DNA of 64,000 nt from Cyanophora paradoxa CCMP329 (Eukaryota; Plantae; Glaucophyta): assembly GCA_004431415.1 (NCBI GenBank), contig QPMI01000269.1:39948-103947 (forward strand). Direction: 5' to 3'. Numbering within the stretch: position 1 is the first letter of the stretch; each line of letters opens with the position of its first letter. Positions 13,623 through 24,736 of the stretch are shown in pieces. A program made the translations under genes and the position numbers. The notes under the pieces were generated by a model, which searched no databases, was not told the DNA's origin, and saw only the letters and a list, made by a program, of their open reading frames with translations.

Positions 13623-14109
13623 GCGCGCTCTCCACACCCCCCCCCCCCCCGCGCGCTCGTCCCCCCTCCCCCTTCCGCCACCCCCCCCCCTCCCCCCCTC
13701 CCTCCTTTCTGAATACGGTTTCGCAGTGGCACGCGGACACGACTTGCGAGCGGTTTCAGCAGTGGAAGCGCGACAACGGGAAGCAGGGCGAGGACGCGTG
13801 CGCGTACCCCACGCCTCACCCTCGCCCAAGCCCCGCTCCGCCTCCATCCGAGGCTCGCGCGCTGCGCAGCACGACGGCGTGGATCCGGCAGAACACGCGG
13901 CAGTGCGGGCGGTGCAGGGAGGCGGTGCAGAAGAACGGCGGCTGCAACTGCGTGCGCTGCCGGTGCGGCTACGAGCTCTGCTGGACCTGCGGCGGTGCGC
14001 TCCGCGGGGCCGGAATCCCGATCCCGAGGAGGCGCGCTCAGCGAGGGGCGCGTGCGCAGGTCCCGCGCAGGGCCACCGCCTCCCGTGCGGGCACCCGCTC
14101 TGGTCCTGA
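12214..14109 (+). CDS. RBR (RING1-IBR-Rcat) E3 ubiquitin ligase with N-terminal coiled coil
   Basis: ATG 12214, GC-AG intron 12268-12318. RING1 ECSMC..CEHQFCWPC..CP, IBR QCPRPNC..VHCPFPTCGFAWCNAC..WH...C, Rcat QCGRCREAVQKNGGCNCVRCRCGYELCWTC. Confidence 0.85.
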
Positions 14110-14313
14110 TACCGATCATGAGCCGCTGCCTTTGTGCACTTCATTGTTCCCCCGCTCCCCTCGGAGCTCCCGCCCCTAGCTTCCCGCGCCCCTTTTCGAA
14201 AATTATCCCGTCTAGATCTTCTAAACTAGTACTGTACACGTAATTATAATTTCATTATTTCAGCATGCTGCAGTTTCGATATTTCGCCGCATTAGAAAGC
14301 CGGCGCCCGCGGG

Positions 14314-16834
14314 CTATGCGTGGGGCTCGGCATGCTCGGGCCGCTGCCTGCCAGCCGCCACCAGTCTCTGCAGGGTGGCGAGGAAGCGCGCCCGCTCGGC
14401 GCACTGCGCCTTCATCGCCCCGTGATTCTCCCCGCAGCTGCCGCCGGCTGAGGGAAAGCGCGCGGGGAGCGGGCGGGCGGTGCCCACCTCGCGCTCGAGC
14501 GGGCGTCGCGGGCGACAAGCGCCCGGCGGCGTGCCTCCAGCTCCTCCGCCCGCCGCTCGTTGCTCGCCCTCAGCTCCGCCACCGCCGCCTGCGCCTGCGC
14601 GGCCTGCTGCGCCTGCGCGGCCGAGGAGCGAGCTCGAGCGGTGAGGGCGGAGGGCCTCGCCGGGCGATCGCGAGGGCGCGGCGGGTGCGCACCAGCTGCT
14701 CGCAGTGCGCGCGGAGGTCGGCGAGCTCGGCCGCCTCCCTCGCGCGCTCCCCGAGGGCCTCCTGCGCCCGCCGCTCCTCTTCCGCCCCCCGCCGCCCCCG
14801 CTCCTCCTCGCCCCGCCGCTCCTCCGCCTCCTCCGCGGACCGCGCGGACCCGGCGAGCGCCCGCCGCGCTTGCTCTATTTCGGCGAGCCTGGCTGACTCG
14901 GCGAGGGCGCGACGCTCCTGCTCTTCCTCCTCGCGCTGCCGCCTCTCCCGCTCCCGTACGGCGTCGATGGCGTCCCCCCTGCCGAGCGGGGCGGACGGCG
15001 GGGCCGACGGGCCAGCCGAGGAGCCGGCGGCCGGGGGCGGGCCGAGGCTCAGCTCGGCGAGGCGGACGACGGAGTTGAGCTCGTCCTGGGGGGTCTCGAG
15101 GAGGACCCGGCCGCCGAAGAGCTCCCGGCTGAGGTACGCCCGCAGCGCCCCCGCCCCCTCGAACTCGAGCGCCGCCGGCAGGCGGAGGCTCGCGCGGCTG
15201 CCGTCCGGCGAGAGCTCGTCCGGGCAGGGCAGCGGGTCGAGGAGGAGGGGGCGGCCCGGGGGGAGCGGCCCGCCCCACACGGCGAGCACGCTGTGCCGCA
15301 TGAACGTGACGACCAGGGCGCGCAGAGGAGCCCCGGGCGAGGCTTCCAGCAGCTGCTCCAGGCTGTCGAGGCCCAGCGGGCAGAGCTGCGCGCGGGGCAG
15401 CGGTCGGAGGGGGCCGGAGGGGGCGCGGGGCGGGGCTCGGACCGTGCGCTGCAGAAGCTCGCTGCGGGGCTCGGCGAGGGAGAGGAGGGCGAGCGCGGGG
15501 AGCTCGCGCAGGACGGCGGCCTCCCCGTCCAGCGCGAAGAGCAGGCCGCTGAGCCGCGCCTCGCGCCCCCGGTCGCGGGACTCCCGCCCCGCGTCCTCCA
15601 GGGCCTGCCGCCGCCGCAGTCAGGGCGGGGCCCGGGTGCAGCCGGGCTCCGACCCAGGGCGGGCGCACGTGCTTGAGGGCGCGGGCGGCGTCCTTGAGGG
15701 AGCCCAGCCTCTCGCCCGAGAGGAGCCGCGAGGCGGCGAAGAGGCAGGCGACGAGGCTCCACGGGCTGTCCCCGTCCGGGGCCGATCCCCACGCGCACTC
15801 GCTGCAAGCGTCTGCACCGCGAGTCACTCCCCGGCCTGGCGCAAGCAAGGAGCCGCTGCGCCGCACCGTATATCGTCGAGCGGGGAAGAGCAGAGGCCTC
15901 ATGGACGTCGAGGAAGTTGTTCTGGTGAGGCTCGTCGCGATCCCTGTCGTGAGCCACCTGCGCGGGGACGTCAAGCTCGAGGCCGGCGGACCCGAGACGC
16001 GAGCTGCGCACCGAGCTCCGCCACAAGGCCTCGGCCCCGCCCTCGTAGCGGACTCTGAAGCGGAAGAAAACCCGGCGCAGCGGCAGGTCCATGCGCAACT
16101 TCCACAGCACGCCCCGGGCGCTCGGGATCGCGGCCAGCGGCACCTCCCGCGCCCACTGCGCGCCGCCCCGCCCCGCCGCCATCAGGGATGCGCGGGGCGG
16201 GGCGGGGCGGGGCGGGGCGGGGGCACGTGGAGGTCGGGGTCGGGCCCAAAGGTGCCGACGGCGGCGACGGCCGCGACGCGCTCCCCGTCTGCGGCGCTCG
16301 GGTCCTCGTACGTGATGGTGGCTGTGCGGTACTGCCGCCGCGATTCCGCGTACTCGTAGCATCGCGGAACGACCGGCAGCCCGTCCCCGGCTCTCTGCTT
16401 CTCCTTCTCCGAGTGCCCGATGCCAAAGATGTGCTTCACTTCCTTCACCCCCTCGTTCCATTTGCTCTTGACGGTGTCCAGAAACGTTGAATCCTCTGCG
16501 CGCGCCGCCCCTTGCCTTGCCACCGCAGCTGCGTACGTCTTCTCGCGCATTGGGCCTGCCGCGCAGAACCGTCAGATCAATGCTGAAGATCAAGAGGACA
16601 GAGCATGCCGGGCGTTGATGGTCCTGCACTAAGCAGACTCTCGGCCCTCGCACGCTGCAGTCGCGCTGCGCATGCGCGTGGGACAGGTCGATCGATGCGT
16701 GAAGCATCACGATCGTTGGCGTGCATTACTGTGCACGAACCTGTGCAGATGTCCGCATGCCCTTCTGTGCCTGGTCGACCACAGTAGATGCACGGCTCCG
16801 CGGTGCGTGCCTGCAACCCGCGGTCCTCCCGCAC
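14314..16834 (-). CDS. C2HC finger + CBM48-like domain + putative inactive VTD-like (pseudo-deubiquitinase) domain + coiled coil; start codon unresolved
   Basis: CIYCGRPGTEGHADIC finger. AMPK-beta/CBM48-like segment VAAVGTFG..W..EVPL..WKLRMDLP..FRFRV..NNFLDV. GDSPWSLVA and LLLDPLP align to the catalytic motifs of 43539-46476. Close paralog of 48767-52224 with a shared intron position (16156-16226). Confidence 0.65.
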
Positions 16835-17168
16835 TTCCGCGTCGCCTCCCGTGGTGCCTGCTACCCGATTGGATGCGGATGGTGGAGCGCTGCGGATGAA
16901 CGAGACGCCGGGCGACAGCCTCCTCCTGTGGGCAGCTGTTTGCCTGCTTCCTCACGATTGCTGTACAGGCGCGAACGTGGCGGAATCGGGCCGGCGAGCG
17001 GGCCAATTGTCTGATGACTCCAGGGGTACGCGCGCAACAGCGCGTTCACCTGACGGCCAGCTGCGGACAGGGAGCTGCGCTCGCCGAGTCGCAGTTCTGT
17101 CGCCGTAACTGCCAGATTGCCGGCGATCGCGAGCAGACCGGACCAGAATAGAGAAGTCGCTGAACCGA

Positions 17169-19226
17169 TGGCGGACGATGAGGACTACGACACGCCCCCC
17201 GAAGATTTTCTGTGCCCGCGCACTGCTCCAGCGGTATCCGCACCTGTCAGCTCGTCCTCTGCGCCCCCTGCCGCTGCGGCATCGACCCGGGTCAACCGCC
17301 CGACCATCAGCGCCCTCCCGATCCGCCCCTCCGAGCCAGACGCAAACGCGAGAGTCGATCCGGCTTCTGCGGGACAAAGCCGCCAGTCCCAGCCCCTTCC
17401 AGCGAGTTCGTCCTCTTCGACGCTGGCCGGCGCGTCTCCCGACGCAGGCCGGGCGCTGACTCCTGAGGACGAGTTGGTTATTCTCCGGCGGCAAGTAGAT
17501 GTCCTCCAGCGCGAGCTCGACCACCGGCGGGGGCGAGCCGGCGAGTATCCCCGCGACCCGTACGTATACACTCCGCGCGGCGCCAATGAGCCTCGCGACC
17601 ACGTGTGCCGGGCGTGCAGCGACTTCAACGGCCGCCTCGAGCGCCGCGTCTCTGCGGAGCTCGACCGCCTGCGCTCGGAGCTGCAGCAGCAGCGTGCTGA
17701 GCTGCAGCAGCAGCGCGCAGAGCTGCAGCAGCAGCAGCGCGCGGCTCGCGAGGAGGCGGAGCGGCAGACGCGCTTCTTCGACGACGAGCTCCAGCGCCTC
17801 GCCAGCCGCAAGCGCACCTTCCTCGAGGACGTCGAGGCGAAGCTGCAGGCGCCCGCGTCTCCTGTTACTCTCCCCGGCGCCTGGCAATCTCGCGCGCTGA
17901 CCCGGACCGGGTGCGCAGCGCGACCTCCGGGACGCGCAGGGGCGCGCCGACGCGTTGGAGCGCGAGCTGAGCGAGCTGCGCCTCCGGCCCTCGCACCCGC
18001 AGGTCCGCTCGCGACTCCCGTCTCCCTCTCGGTTATTGCTGAATCGTTGACCGGCAAAAGGTGTCCCAGGCGTCCCCTCACGCCCCTACTTTCCACCCGG
18101 CTGTGCAGGCATCGCTGCCGCTGGAACCGCGGCCTGCCGTCCCGCATCCGCGGCCCGAGGCCTTCGCTCCCGCTCAGCCACCCGCTGGCTCGCCGCCAGC
18201 CGCCCCGCCGGTCGAACGGCCACGACCCGCCCCGCCTTCCGAGCCGCCGCGGGCCGCCCCGCCCGCTCCGGAGCCCCGGGTCGCGCCTCGTGCGTCCCGT
18301 TGCTTCATCCCCTGGTCGCGCGATCTCACGGCACCTCGCAGCGGCAGCCGCGGCCGAGCCGGTCCACTGCCCGCTCTGCGGCGAAGGTGCCACCCCCGCC
18401 GGCCGCTTGAGCGCCCCCGGCCGACCCGGCGCGCGGCGCAGCCTTCGCGGACGCTGAGCTGTGCGAGAGCCACGTGCAGTCCTGCCTCGACGACGAGCCC
18501 CCGGCGCCGCCCCCGCCCCGGCAGCAGCCCCAGCCGCCGGCCGCCCCTCAGCCGCCGGCAGCTTCCCGCCCGTCCGCGGGGCCGCTCCGCAGCCGGCCGG
18601 GCCGGCCCCCGTAGCGGCTGCGGGGGCGCCGGCCCGTCCCAGCCGATGACCCTCTTCTTCCGGTGCTCGTTGGGCGCCTCCATGCCGGTCGCCTGCACGC
18701 GGGGCGAGCGCTTCGCGGACGTCCTTGAACGCGCCCGGCAGGCCCTTCGTTGCGGGCCAATCGCCCCAGTGCGCTGCCCCCCCTTCCCCCTCCCCTTCCC
18801 CCCCCCCTCCCCCCCCCCCCCCCGGGTCCCCCCCGGCCCCCCCTCCATTTCGCGAGCCGCTGACTGGGGGCGCAGCATAACATCCGCCTCGTGACGACGA
18901 TCGACCGGAACGCGCCGCTCGTGCAGGGGCAGCGGCAGCGGCAGGGGATGGCCCCGGCTTCCGTCCAGGAGGCGGTTAAGCGGCTGCAGGCGCAGGCCGA
19001 CTTGCCGGTCGGCGAGACCGGCTTCCCCGACGGCGCCGAGATCTACGTCTCCGTCCAGGTCCGCCCTTCCCCGCCCCTCCGGCCTCTCCCCTTTCATTTT
19101 GCCTCTTTCTGGCTCATTCCACGCTCAACAGGTGGCTGGCCAGGATTCAGCACCCTCAGACCGATGAGCGGCGGTTCCCGTACGCGCGTAGTTCGATTTT
19201 ATTATAATTGTTTTGGTGAATTATAA
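17169..19226 (+). CDS. Coiled-coil adaptor with NEMO/optineurin-like CCHC ubiquitin-binding zinc finger and a possible C-terminal ubiquitin-like domain
   Basis: Coiled coil ELDRLRSELQQQRAELQQQRAEL. Spliced CPLCGE|AFADAELCESHVQSCLD (C-x2-C-x12-H-x3-C). C-terminal MTLFFRCSLGASMPVACTRGERFADVLERA...VGETGFPDGAEIYVSV has a beta-grasp-like pattern. 3' end approximate. Confidence 0.6.
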
Positions 19227-19456
19227 ACTTCTCGGGTTGATTCGAGTTAATACTCATCCTTGTCGTGATTATATGCATATGTCTTGCGGTTGTTTGTGAT
19301 TTCTTTGATTTGTGATTGCTTTGTTGCCCTTTAATATTACTACCTATAGCTACGGGGGGTTCGCCCTACCGTAGGCTCTAATTTATAAAAAAAGGGAGTT
19401 AATACTCACTGAGAATCAATCGAGACCCTCGGGGACCTTACCCCCCATGCATCTAA

Positions 19457-22400
19457 CTAGCGTTCTAGGACATCTTCTTCTAAAAAGAGAGGGTGCTGGA
19501 GGCTATAATGATGCCCCCAATAGTCGCAAACAGCACTCGCTCGACCCTGACGGCACGCATCGGAATGGGCGGTAGTGAACAATTTCTGCGAGCTTTTCAG
19601 CGCGTGAGACGTCGAAATATCTGAAAAAACGCGCCCTGCAGTTCGCGTAGTAGCAGAACTCTGCCCCACACTGCAGAAGCAAAATATTTCACGGTCAGCG
19701 ACTCATCGTATGTGCAGAGGTCGGAGTCGAAATCGACTCACCCTGCATCGTATGTGGTTGCAGCCCCGTCTCTTTTGGACGTACATGCCGCATCTTGGGT
19801 TGGGACACTTCGGCAGACTCATCCGCCTCGCGTACTCCGCGAAAGCGCGGTCGTCCTCGCTCCTCTCGCCTTCTGGAAGCGCCTGGTACTGCGCAGGGGA
19901 TTTGGTCCGGATGCGTGAGGCCGAGGCGACGCGGCCGCGGCCTGGGCAACAAGAAGCGGGCGCCTGCTCGCAGGTGATGTCGGTGTGCCAGGGGACGCGG
20001 CAGCGGGCGCAGTAGCGGCGGCTGCAGTGCAGGCAGAGGACGCCGGGGTCGCCACTCGCAGGGTCCCACTCTGCGACGCTCTCGCAGCCGCGGTGAGGGC
20101 AGTCGCTCCGGTGCTCTGCGTGCCGGCACACGTAAGCGTGAGGGGCGGAGCAGAGATGGGTGGGGCGGCTGGGGCGGACCGCGAGGGATGTGCTCGGCGA
20201 CGGTGAGGTAGCGCATGTAGAGGGCGAGGTCCTCCTCCTGCAGGCCGACGAGCATCGCCACCGTCTCCCCGAACTCCCCCGCAAAGACCGTCCCGCACGC
20301 CGCCGCCGCCCGCGCCGCGTCCCGGCCGGGGCACTGCAGGGGGTACAGCTGCGGGTCCCGGAAGCGGGAGAGGACGTAGGCCTTGAGGCACGGCTCCGTG
20401 CAGATGTAGTGCTCGCAGTCCCCGCACCGGTTCATCTGGACCCCAATCAGGCCTCCAAAGAAGTGCGGAGGCGGGGGGGGGGCTGAAGAGGAAGGGAAGA
20501 GGGGGGAGAGGGGGGGAGAAAGGGAGGGGGAGGGCGTGGGGTGAAGGGGGTAGCTATAGGGGATACGGGGGGAGGGGGGGGGGGAGGGGGGGGGGGGGCG
20601 CACGGTGCGCTTGAGGCGGCGGCTGAGACAGACGACGCACGCCGCGAGCTCCTCCTCAAAAACGTCCTGCGCAGCCGCCGCGCGTGCCTGCCCCGCCCCG
20701 GCCCGTCGGCCTCGAGCTCCCGGTGCGGGCGGAGGGGCGGGGTGGGCGGGACCTCGAGGGCGTCGGCGCGGGCGCGGCCCTGCGCGTCGAGCCCCGGGGC
20801 GCCCCGGACGCGGCGAAGAAGACCGCCGGCCTCCGCGGCCCGCGCCCGGAGCTCTTCCTGCGCGCCCAGCAGCTCCTCCTCCTCCATCGCCTCCGCCCGG
20901 TACCGTAGCAGCGCCCTCGCCTCCTCCAGGCCGGCCACGCAGTCCTCCGCCTCGCGCAGCAGTCCCTCCAGCTGCCGCGCCGCTCGCCCTCGAGGCGCGG
21001 CCGGTGCGGGGCGGGCGGGCGCGGGGGCCGCGGGGCGCACCTCGGCGGCGGCGCGCAGTCGGGCGAGCTCGGCCTGGCGGTTGGCGCGGAGCTCGGCCAG
21101 CTCCGCCTGCGCCCTGTGCAGCTCTGCCCCGGCCGGTCAGGCGGGAGGGCGCCGGCGGCCCCGGCGGCCCCGCGGAGAGCGCGGGGGCACCCTCGGTGAG
21201 GGCGTGGGCGCGGGCCTCGGCGTCGGCCGCGCGCCTCCGCAGGCCCTCCTCGGCCAGCCGCGCCTGGCCCGCGCCTGCTGCAGCGCCGCCTCCGCCGCGT
21301 TCAGCGCCCGCCTCAGCGCCCGCTGCTCCTCCTCGGCCGTGCGGAGCCCCTTTGAATGGGATCAGCGCCGCGCTCGAGGGCGCGCGGGCGGAGCGGCCGC
21401 ACCTGCCGCCTCCTGTCCTCCTCCTCCTGTACGCGATTCCTCGCGTCCCGCTCTAGCTGCCCGGCACGTTCTCAGCGGGCGGGGAGGGGAGGGAGGGGGG
21501 GGGGAGGGAGCGGGGAGGCGAGGGGGGCGGGGCGGGGGGGGGGGGGGGGGGGGGGGGAAGGGGAGGGGGGGGGGCGGGGGCGCAGGGGGCATGGGGAGGC
21601 AGGGGGAGGAAAAGGAGATCGGGAAGAGGAGCGCGAAGGAGCGAGGATCAGAGATAACATGATGCGGCCGTACCCTGTGGCGACTCTCGCTCGCTTCCAG
21701 CAGCTCGGCCTGCTTCCCCCGCAGCTGCTCCAGCGCGCCATCGCGGTCCCGGCGCAGCGTCTCGACCTCGGCCCGCAGGTCTTCGAGATCCGCCTGCAGG
21801 CTGTCCGCGCGCTCCCGCTCGACGTCGAGATCGACCAGCGCGGCTGTGGCCGGCCCGGTCAGAGCGGCTCCAGCTGCAGGCGCAGCGATGTGCGCCGGCC
21901 CGCAGGGCGCCGGCCGCCGGGCTCACCCGCAAGGTTTCGATTGGAGTCTTCTAATCTCTTACCCGACTCTTCGACCCTCCTCGCCAGCGCGATATTCTCC
22001 TCCTGCTGCTGGACCAGATCGCCCCGCGCCCCTGCAGGAGTAAGGCCCGATCTCAGGTACAGAGCGAGCTCGCCTGTATCTAAAGAGAAAGCACGGTCGC
22101 ACTCATTAGCTCGTCCCGGGCCTCTGCGCGGCGGACGGCGCGCGGTGGAACACAGGATATCGATCAGCTGCAAGCGCAGAGCATCCGCGGAGAGTGGCGT
22201 GCGCACTCGTGGCTACGTCCTTCCACTCTCTCAGATTCTTCTTGTATCTGCTGCACGATGAACACGCGCTCGGGCTCGCGCAATCCGCTGCGCATGCGTG
22301 GCAGCAGTTAGCGTCAGGTTAACATTCGCTTCGCGCACACGCACAACTTTGGGGGCTAGTGTCGAGCGCCGAGCTCGTAGGCTGTGCAGCGCTCGATACA

Positions 22401-22564
22401 GCCGGCAAGGACAGCTCCTGCAGCTGGTCATGATCGGGCTGGGGCTCGGGCTCGGGCTGGGCAGCATCATCGCCCGGCTCCGGAGGGGGTTCAACGGAAG
22501 GTGGCGGTTCGGACGCGCCGGTAGAAGCGGCGCTGTTCGTCATGCGCGCGCTAACTGGGCCCAT
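19457..22564 (-). CDS. RBR E3 ubiquitin ligase with long N-terminal coiled coil
   Basis: CEHYICTEPC..YPLQCP (RING1), DCPHRGC..VLCLHCSRRYCARCRVPWHTDITC (IBR), KCPNPRCGMYVQKRRGCNHIRCR|CGAEFCY (Rcat with canonical CNH). Both ends approximate. Confidence 0.8.
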
Positions 22565-22726
22565 GCATATGCGCGGTTTAGATAGTAAAGTTGTTTACTT
22601 AGGTCAACTCGCGAGTAGGCGTAGAGCAGCTGTACCCGAGGCACGACTGCCCGCCCCTCTTCAGTTGTTGTACCCGAGTGCGCCGTCGCGCCTCGAGCTC
22701 TGCAGAGCGTTCCGGCCGTACACAAC

Positions 22727-24736
22727 ATGGTTGTCGAGACCCGTGGCCGCACGGCCACTCGCGCAGCCTCGGAGGCGGGACCATCGCGGTTCCCGAGTGC
22801 ACCTCCCGATCCGCGCCAGCCGGAGGCGCCAGCAGCTACACCGGTAGCTACAGCGGTAGGAGACGCGGGCTCGCAGCTGCAGACGACCTCAGATCTGCAG
22901 CCGCCCGTCGGGATCGCCCCTGCGTCAGGGCTCGCCTCGCACTCCGCGCAGGCCGAGCAGCAGCATCCCGGCGGCCCCGCCGCTCCTCCTGCGTCGACAG
23001 CGCCGCTGCTGCAGCAGACTTCGCACGCGGCTGCCGCCCCCCCCGCACCCGCGGGCGGGGGTTCCGCGGCCGCGCCGTCGACCCCGGCATCCGGATCCGC
23101 GCCGCATCAGCCCGCCCCCGTGCTCGCACCTCGCATGCGGGAGGCCAGTGCTTCGCGCGCGCAGCCGGCTGGACCCCTCGCAGTCCTGCCCGGCCCCGGA
23201 TCGCCGGCCCCCGTGGTGGATCTGTCACAGCTCGGCCCGATGCTGACCCAGCAGCTCGCGGCGAGCGTGCAGCAGGCAACCGCCTCGGCGGTTGCGGCAG
23301 CGGTTGCTCCCTTGGCGCGCGACCTCAGCGTCCTCACGAGCGCCTTCGACCAGCAGCGCACTGTGTTGACGCAGCACCAGAGCCTGCTCGAGCACTTGCA
23401 GCGGCCCGCTCCCACGGAGCAGCGCCAGGTCACTCACCTGCCGCTCGAGGCCCCTGCCCCGCTGCCGGCCCCCGGCGCCCCCGCCGGCTCGGCCCTGTCC
23501 CACCACGTCCCCGCCGCCCCCGCCGCCGTCCCCGGTGCTGTATTCGTTCCGCAGAGCGCACCGTCCCGCTCTTTCGCGCATGGCGCGGCTGCCGACCCGC
23601 CCCCGGCATCGCAGACCGATGTATCCCAGGCGGTGGTGCAGGCCCTGGTGCAGGCCCTGCCGGCGGCGCTTGCGGGCGCAGGCATCGCATTCGGAGGTGC
23701 TGGTGCCGCGCCCCCCTCGACGGACGGGAGCGCCCGTGTCAGCACCCTTCCTGCGCGCATCTTCACAGGCCAGGCTGGTGAGCGCCTTGTGGCGGCGATT
23801 CGGGCGGGGGGGCCTTTCGATTTCCGTAGGCTCTTTCTAGACCCCGTCTTCTCCCCCTCCGCCACCCCGTCGGGCCTCCCGTCCTCCGCCACGGGCGCCA
23901 TCGCCGTGTCGCTCGACCCCGTCTCGGGCCAGCTGGTCCTCCAGGCGCACTCCGCCGCGTCCAGCCCCGGCTCGCAGCGCGAGCAGCTCGCCTTCCCCGA
24001 CCTCCTCCTGTGCCTCCAGCTCCTCGCCTTCCAGATCTCCACGGACACCGTGCTGCCGGCCGAGGAGCGCTGCCGCCGCCTCGAGGCCCTGGCCCGGCTG
24101 CAGTACGAGATCATCGTCCTGGCCCGCACGCTCCCGTGGGAGCGAGTCTTCCCGTGGGTGCAGCATCACCTCGCCGAGGCCCTCGCGTGTACCGAGGATG
24201 CCGACGGCCGGTACCGCGCCCTCGGCCACCACAGCATGGGGCTCCTCGCGCGCAGCCTTCCTGAGGCAGGGCTTGGCCTTGGGGGCCCTCTGCCCTTTCA
24301 CGCCGGCAGCATCGTGGCCTCGGCGGCCACCGTCGACGCAGCCGCGCGCCCGGCGGCGGGCAGCCGGGCCTCGCGTGCCGGCACTGCGGCGCGCCCCGCC
24401 GCGGCCGCGCCGGCTGCCGCGCTCGTGCTCCCGCCCGGCGTCGCCAGCGCCGCGCCCAGCGGCGATGCGCGGGCCGCCTCCGGCTCCGGCCGTGCGCGGT
24501 CCCGGGCCGTGCAGGATGCCATTGACCGCGGCGCCGTGCCGCACACCGAGGACCCGCGCTACTTCGGCGTCAGCCCGGCCATCTGCTGGTGCTTCAACCA
24601 GGGCATCTGCAAGAACGCCGTCAGCGACGGTGTCTGCTTCTTTGGGCGCCACATCTGCGCCCAGTGCCACAGCCGGGACCACACCGACTGCGCGCGCCGC
24701 GGCGCCACCGGCGCGGGCGCCGTCAGCTCGTCCTGA
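22727..24736 (+). CDS. gag: Gag-like ORF1 of the YR retrotransposon
   Basis: Intronless 669-aa ORF ending in CWCFNQGICKNAVSDGVCFFGRHICAQCHSRDHTDC, the zinc-finger type seen in Ngaro-like gag proteins. Confidence 0.8.
   Translation: MVVETRGRTATRAASEAGPSRFPSAPPDPRQPEAPAATPVATAVGDAGSQLQTTSDLQPPVGIAPASGLASHSAQAEQQHPGGPAAPPASTAPLLQQTSHAAAAPPAPAGGGSAAAPSTPASGSAPHQPAPVLAPRMREASASRAQPAGPLAVLPGPGSPAPVVDLSQLGPMLTQQLAASVQQATASAVAAAVAPLARDLSVLTSAFDQQRTVLTQHQSLLEHLQRPAPTEQRQVTHLPLEAPAPLPAPGAPAGSALSHHVPAAPAAVPGAVFVPQSAPSRSFAHGAAADPPPASQTDVSQAVVQALVQALPAALAGAGIAFGGAGAAPPSTDGSARVSTLPARIFTGQAGERLVAAIRAGGPFDFRRLFLDPVFSPSATPSGLPSSATGAIAVSLDPVSGQLVLQAHSAASSPGSQREQLAFPDLLLCLQLLAFQISTDTVLPAEERCRRLEALARLQYEIIVLARTLPWERVFPWVQHHLAEALACTEDADGRYRALGHHSMGLLARSLPEAGLGLGGPLPFHAGSIVASAATVDAAARPAAGSRASRAGTAARPAAAAPAAALVLPPGVASAAPSGDARAASGSGRARSRAVQDAIDRGAVPHTEDPRYFGVSPAICWCFNQGICKNAVSDGVCFFGRHICAQCHSRDHTDCARRGATGAGAVSSS

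Noticed and set aside
13593-13700. Long poly-C/poly-G tracts (also about 5250-5284, 20570-20597, 21534-21557) as G-quadruplex elements
   Set aside because: They lie in introns as extreme cases of the C-rich 5' half, and their lengths are unreliable in long-read assemblies.
17169-17220. U-box (PPEDFLCP) or LIR motif at the adaptor N-terminus
   Set aside because: The rest of the U-box pattern is missing and no W/F/Y-x-x-L/I/V core fits.
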